A stretch of DNA of 64,000 bases, taken from positions 41,912,001-41,976,000 of the forward strand of contig NC_043001.1 in the NCBI RefSeq assembly GCF_006345805.1. Reading direction: 5' to 3'. The translations under genes and the position numbers were made by a program. Each line of letters opens with the position of its first letter. The first letter of the stretch is position 1. The DNA comes from Octopus sinensis (Eukaryota). The notes under the pieces are model-generated. The model had not been told where the DNA came from. It did not search any database and saw only the letters and a list, made by a program, of their open reading frames with translations. Shown piece after piece: positions 63,211 through 64,000 of this stretch.

Positions 63211-64000
63211 TTTTCAAATAATAAAAAAAAAACCCTTAGTGAATGAAAGTGTTACTACTTAAATTTCCAGGCTCTTCAAAATACCTGACAAAATATGCAC
63301 ACATCTTAAATCAGAGAGCTGAAGAATATATTTCACTCAAAGAACTTACCATAGTACCAATGTAAATCACTTTATTTCAAAATGTTTCTAACATTCTGGC
63401 TTCCTGAAGAAAACATTTTCCTCCAATATGCAACACTATGTTGGTTAAGTTTCAGCAAGTATATGCAGTCATAATGTGATTAATTTGTCTATACAAAATA
63501 AACACACACTGGTAGCAGCAGTGCTGCTACCAGAAACACACAAAAGATATCCTCCTGTTCAGCAAAGGTTTATTCACCATAACACTGCAACCAATAACTC
63601 ATGGGCATGATCCCTTTGTCTTTTGATTTCATAATAGCTTGTTTCTCTCAATTTGTAAGTTACATACCACATTAACCCAAGCTCATCCGATGCATCTGCC
63701 TTACTACTTATTTATATTTTACCAAATTCTTCTTGCCCAAGTTTATAGTCTTCTGGGAGGTGTCTCAGCTCACATTTATTTACTTCACAGAATAAACCTT
63801 AACATCAGTTGTATCAACCTCCTTTATTTGGAGTAGGTGGGGGCTTGTGACAACCATGGTCACTATATCTCCTCTCTCACATTACATAATGATAATGATG
63901 ATGATTTCTAACAATGTCACAGGGTCACACATTTTGAAAAGAAACAGTCAATTAAAATGGTTAATAAATACTTCCTTTATTGACTCCAGGGACATTAAAG

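Overview
AT-rich, microsatellite- and transposon-dense animal genomic DNA. The SINE/LINE repertoire resembles an Octopus-type (coleoid cephalopod) genome; that is an inference, not a database result. Two convergent spliced genes are present. (1) The last three coding exons of 40S ribosomal protein S14 (RPS14/uS11) are on the + strand at 4668-6420; the first coding exon lies upstream of the window. (2) The last eight coding exons of a PSD/EFA6-family ARF6 GEF (end of Sec7, PH domain, coiled coil, C-terminal tail) are on the - strand at 44090-24902. All splice sites are GT-AG and the phases join into one frame. The upstream Sec7 exons were not found and probably lie beyond 64000. Most of the remaining sequence is decayed mobile DNA: RTE LINEs (two long copies in opposite orientation), a Penelope-like element in inverted-repeat form, an R4/Dong-like element, CR1-type fragments, mariner/maT fragments, TA- and TTAA-flanked MITEs, a non-autonomous Helitron and many tRNA-derived SINEs. 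The most interesting observations are: degenerate minimal hammerhead ribozymes with an upstream tRNA-like Pol III head in the Penelope terminal repeats; a C4HC3 PHD-type finger inside the RTE reverse transcriptase region; about 2 kb of inverted RTE copies bracketing three PSD exons (candidate dsRNA/editing/back-splicing); and a possibly very long PSD 3' UTR. Nearly all ORFs in the supplied track are TE fragments or microsatellite artefacts. TE boundaries are approximate unless TIR/TSD coordinates are given.
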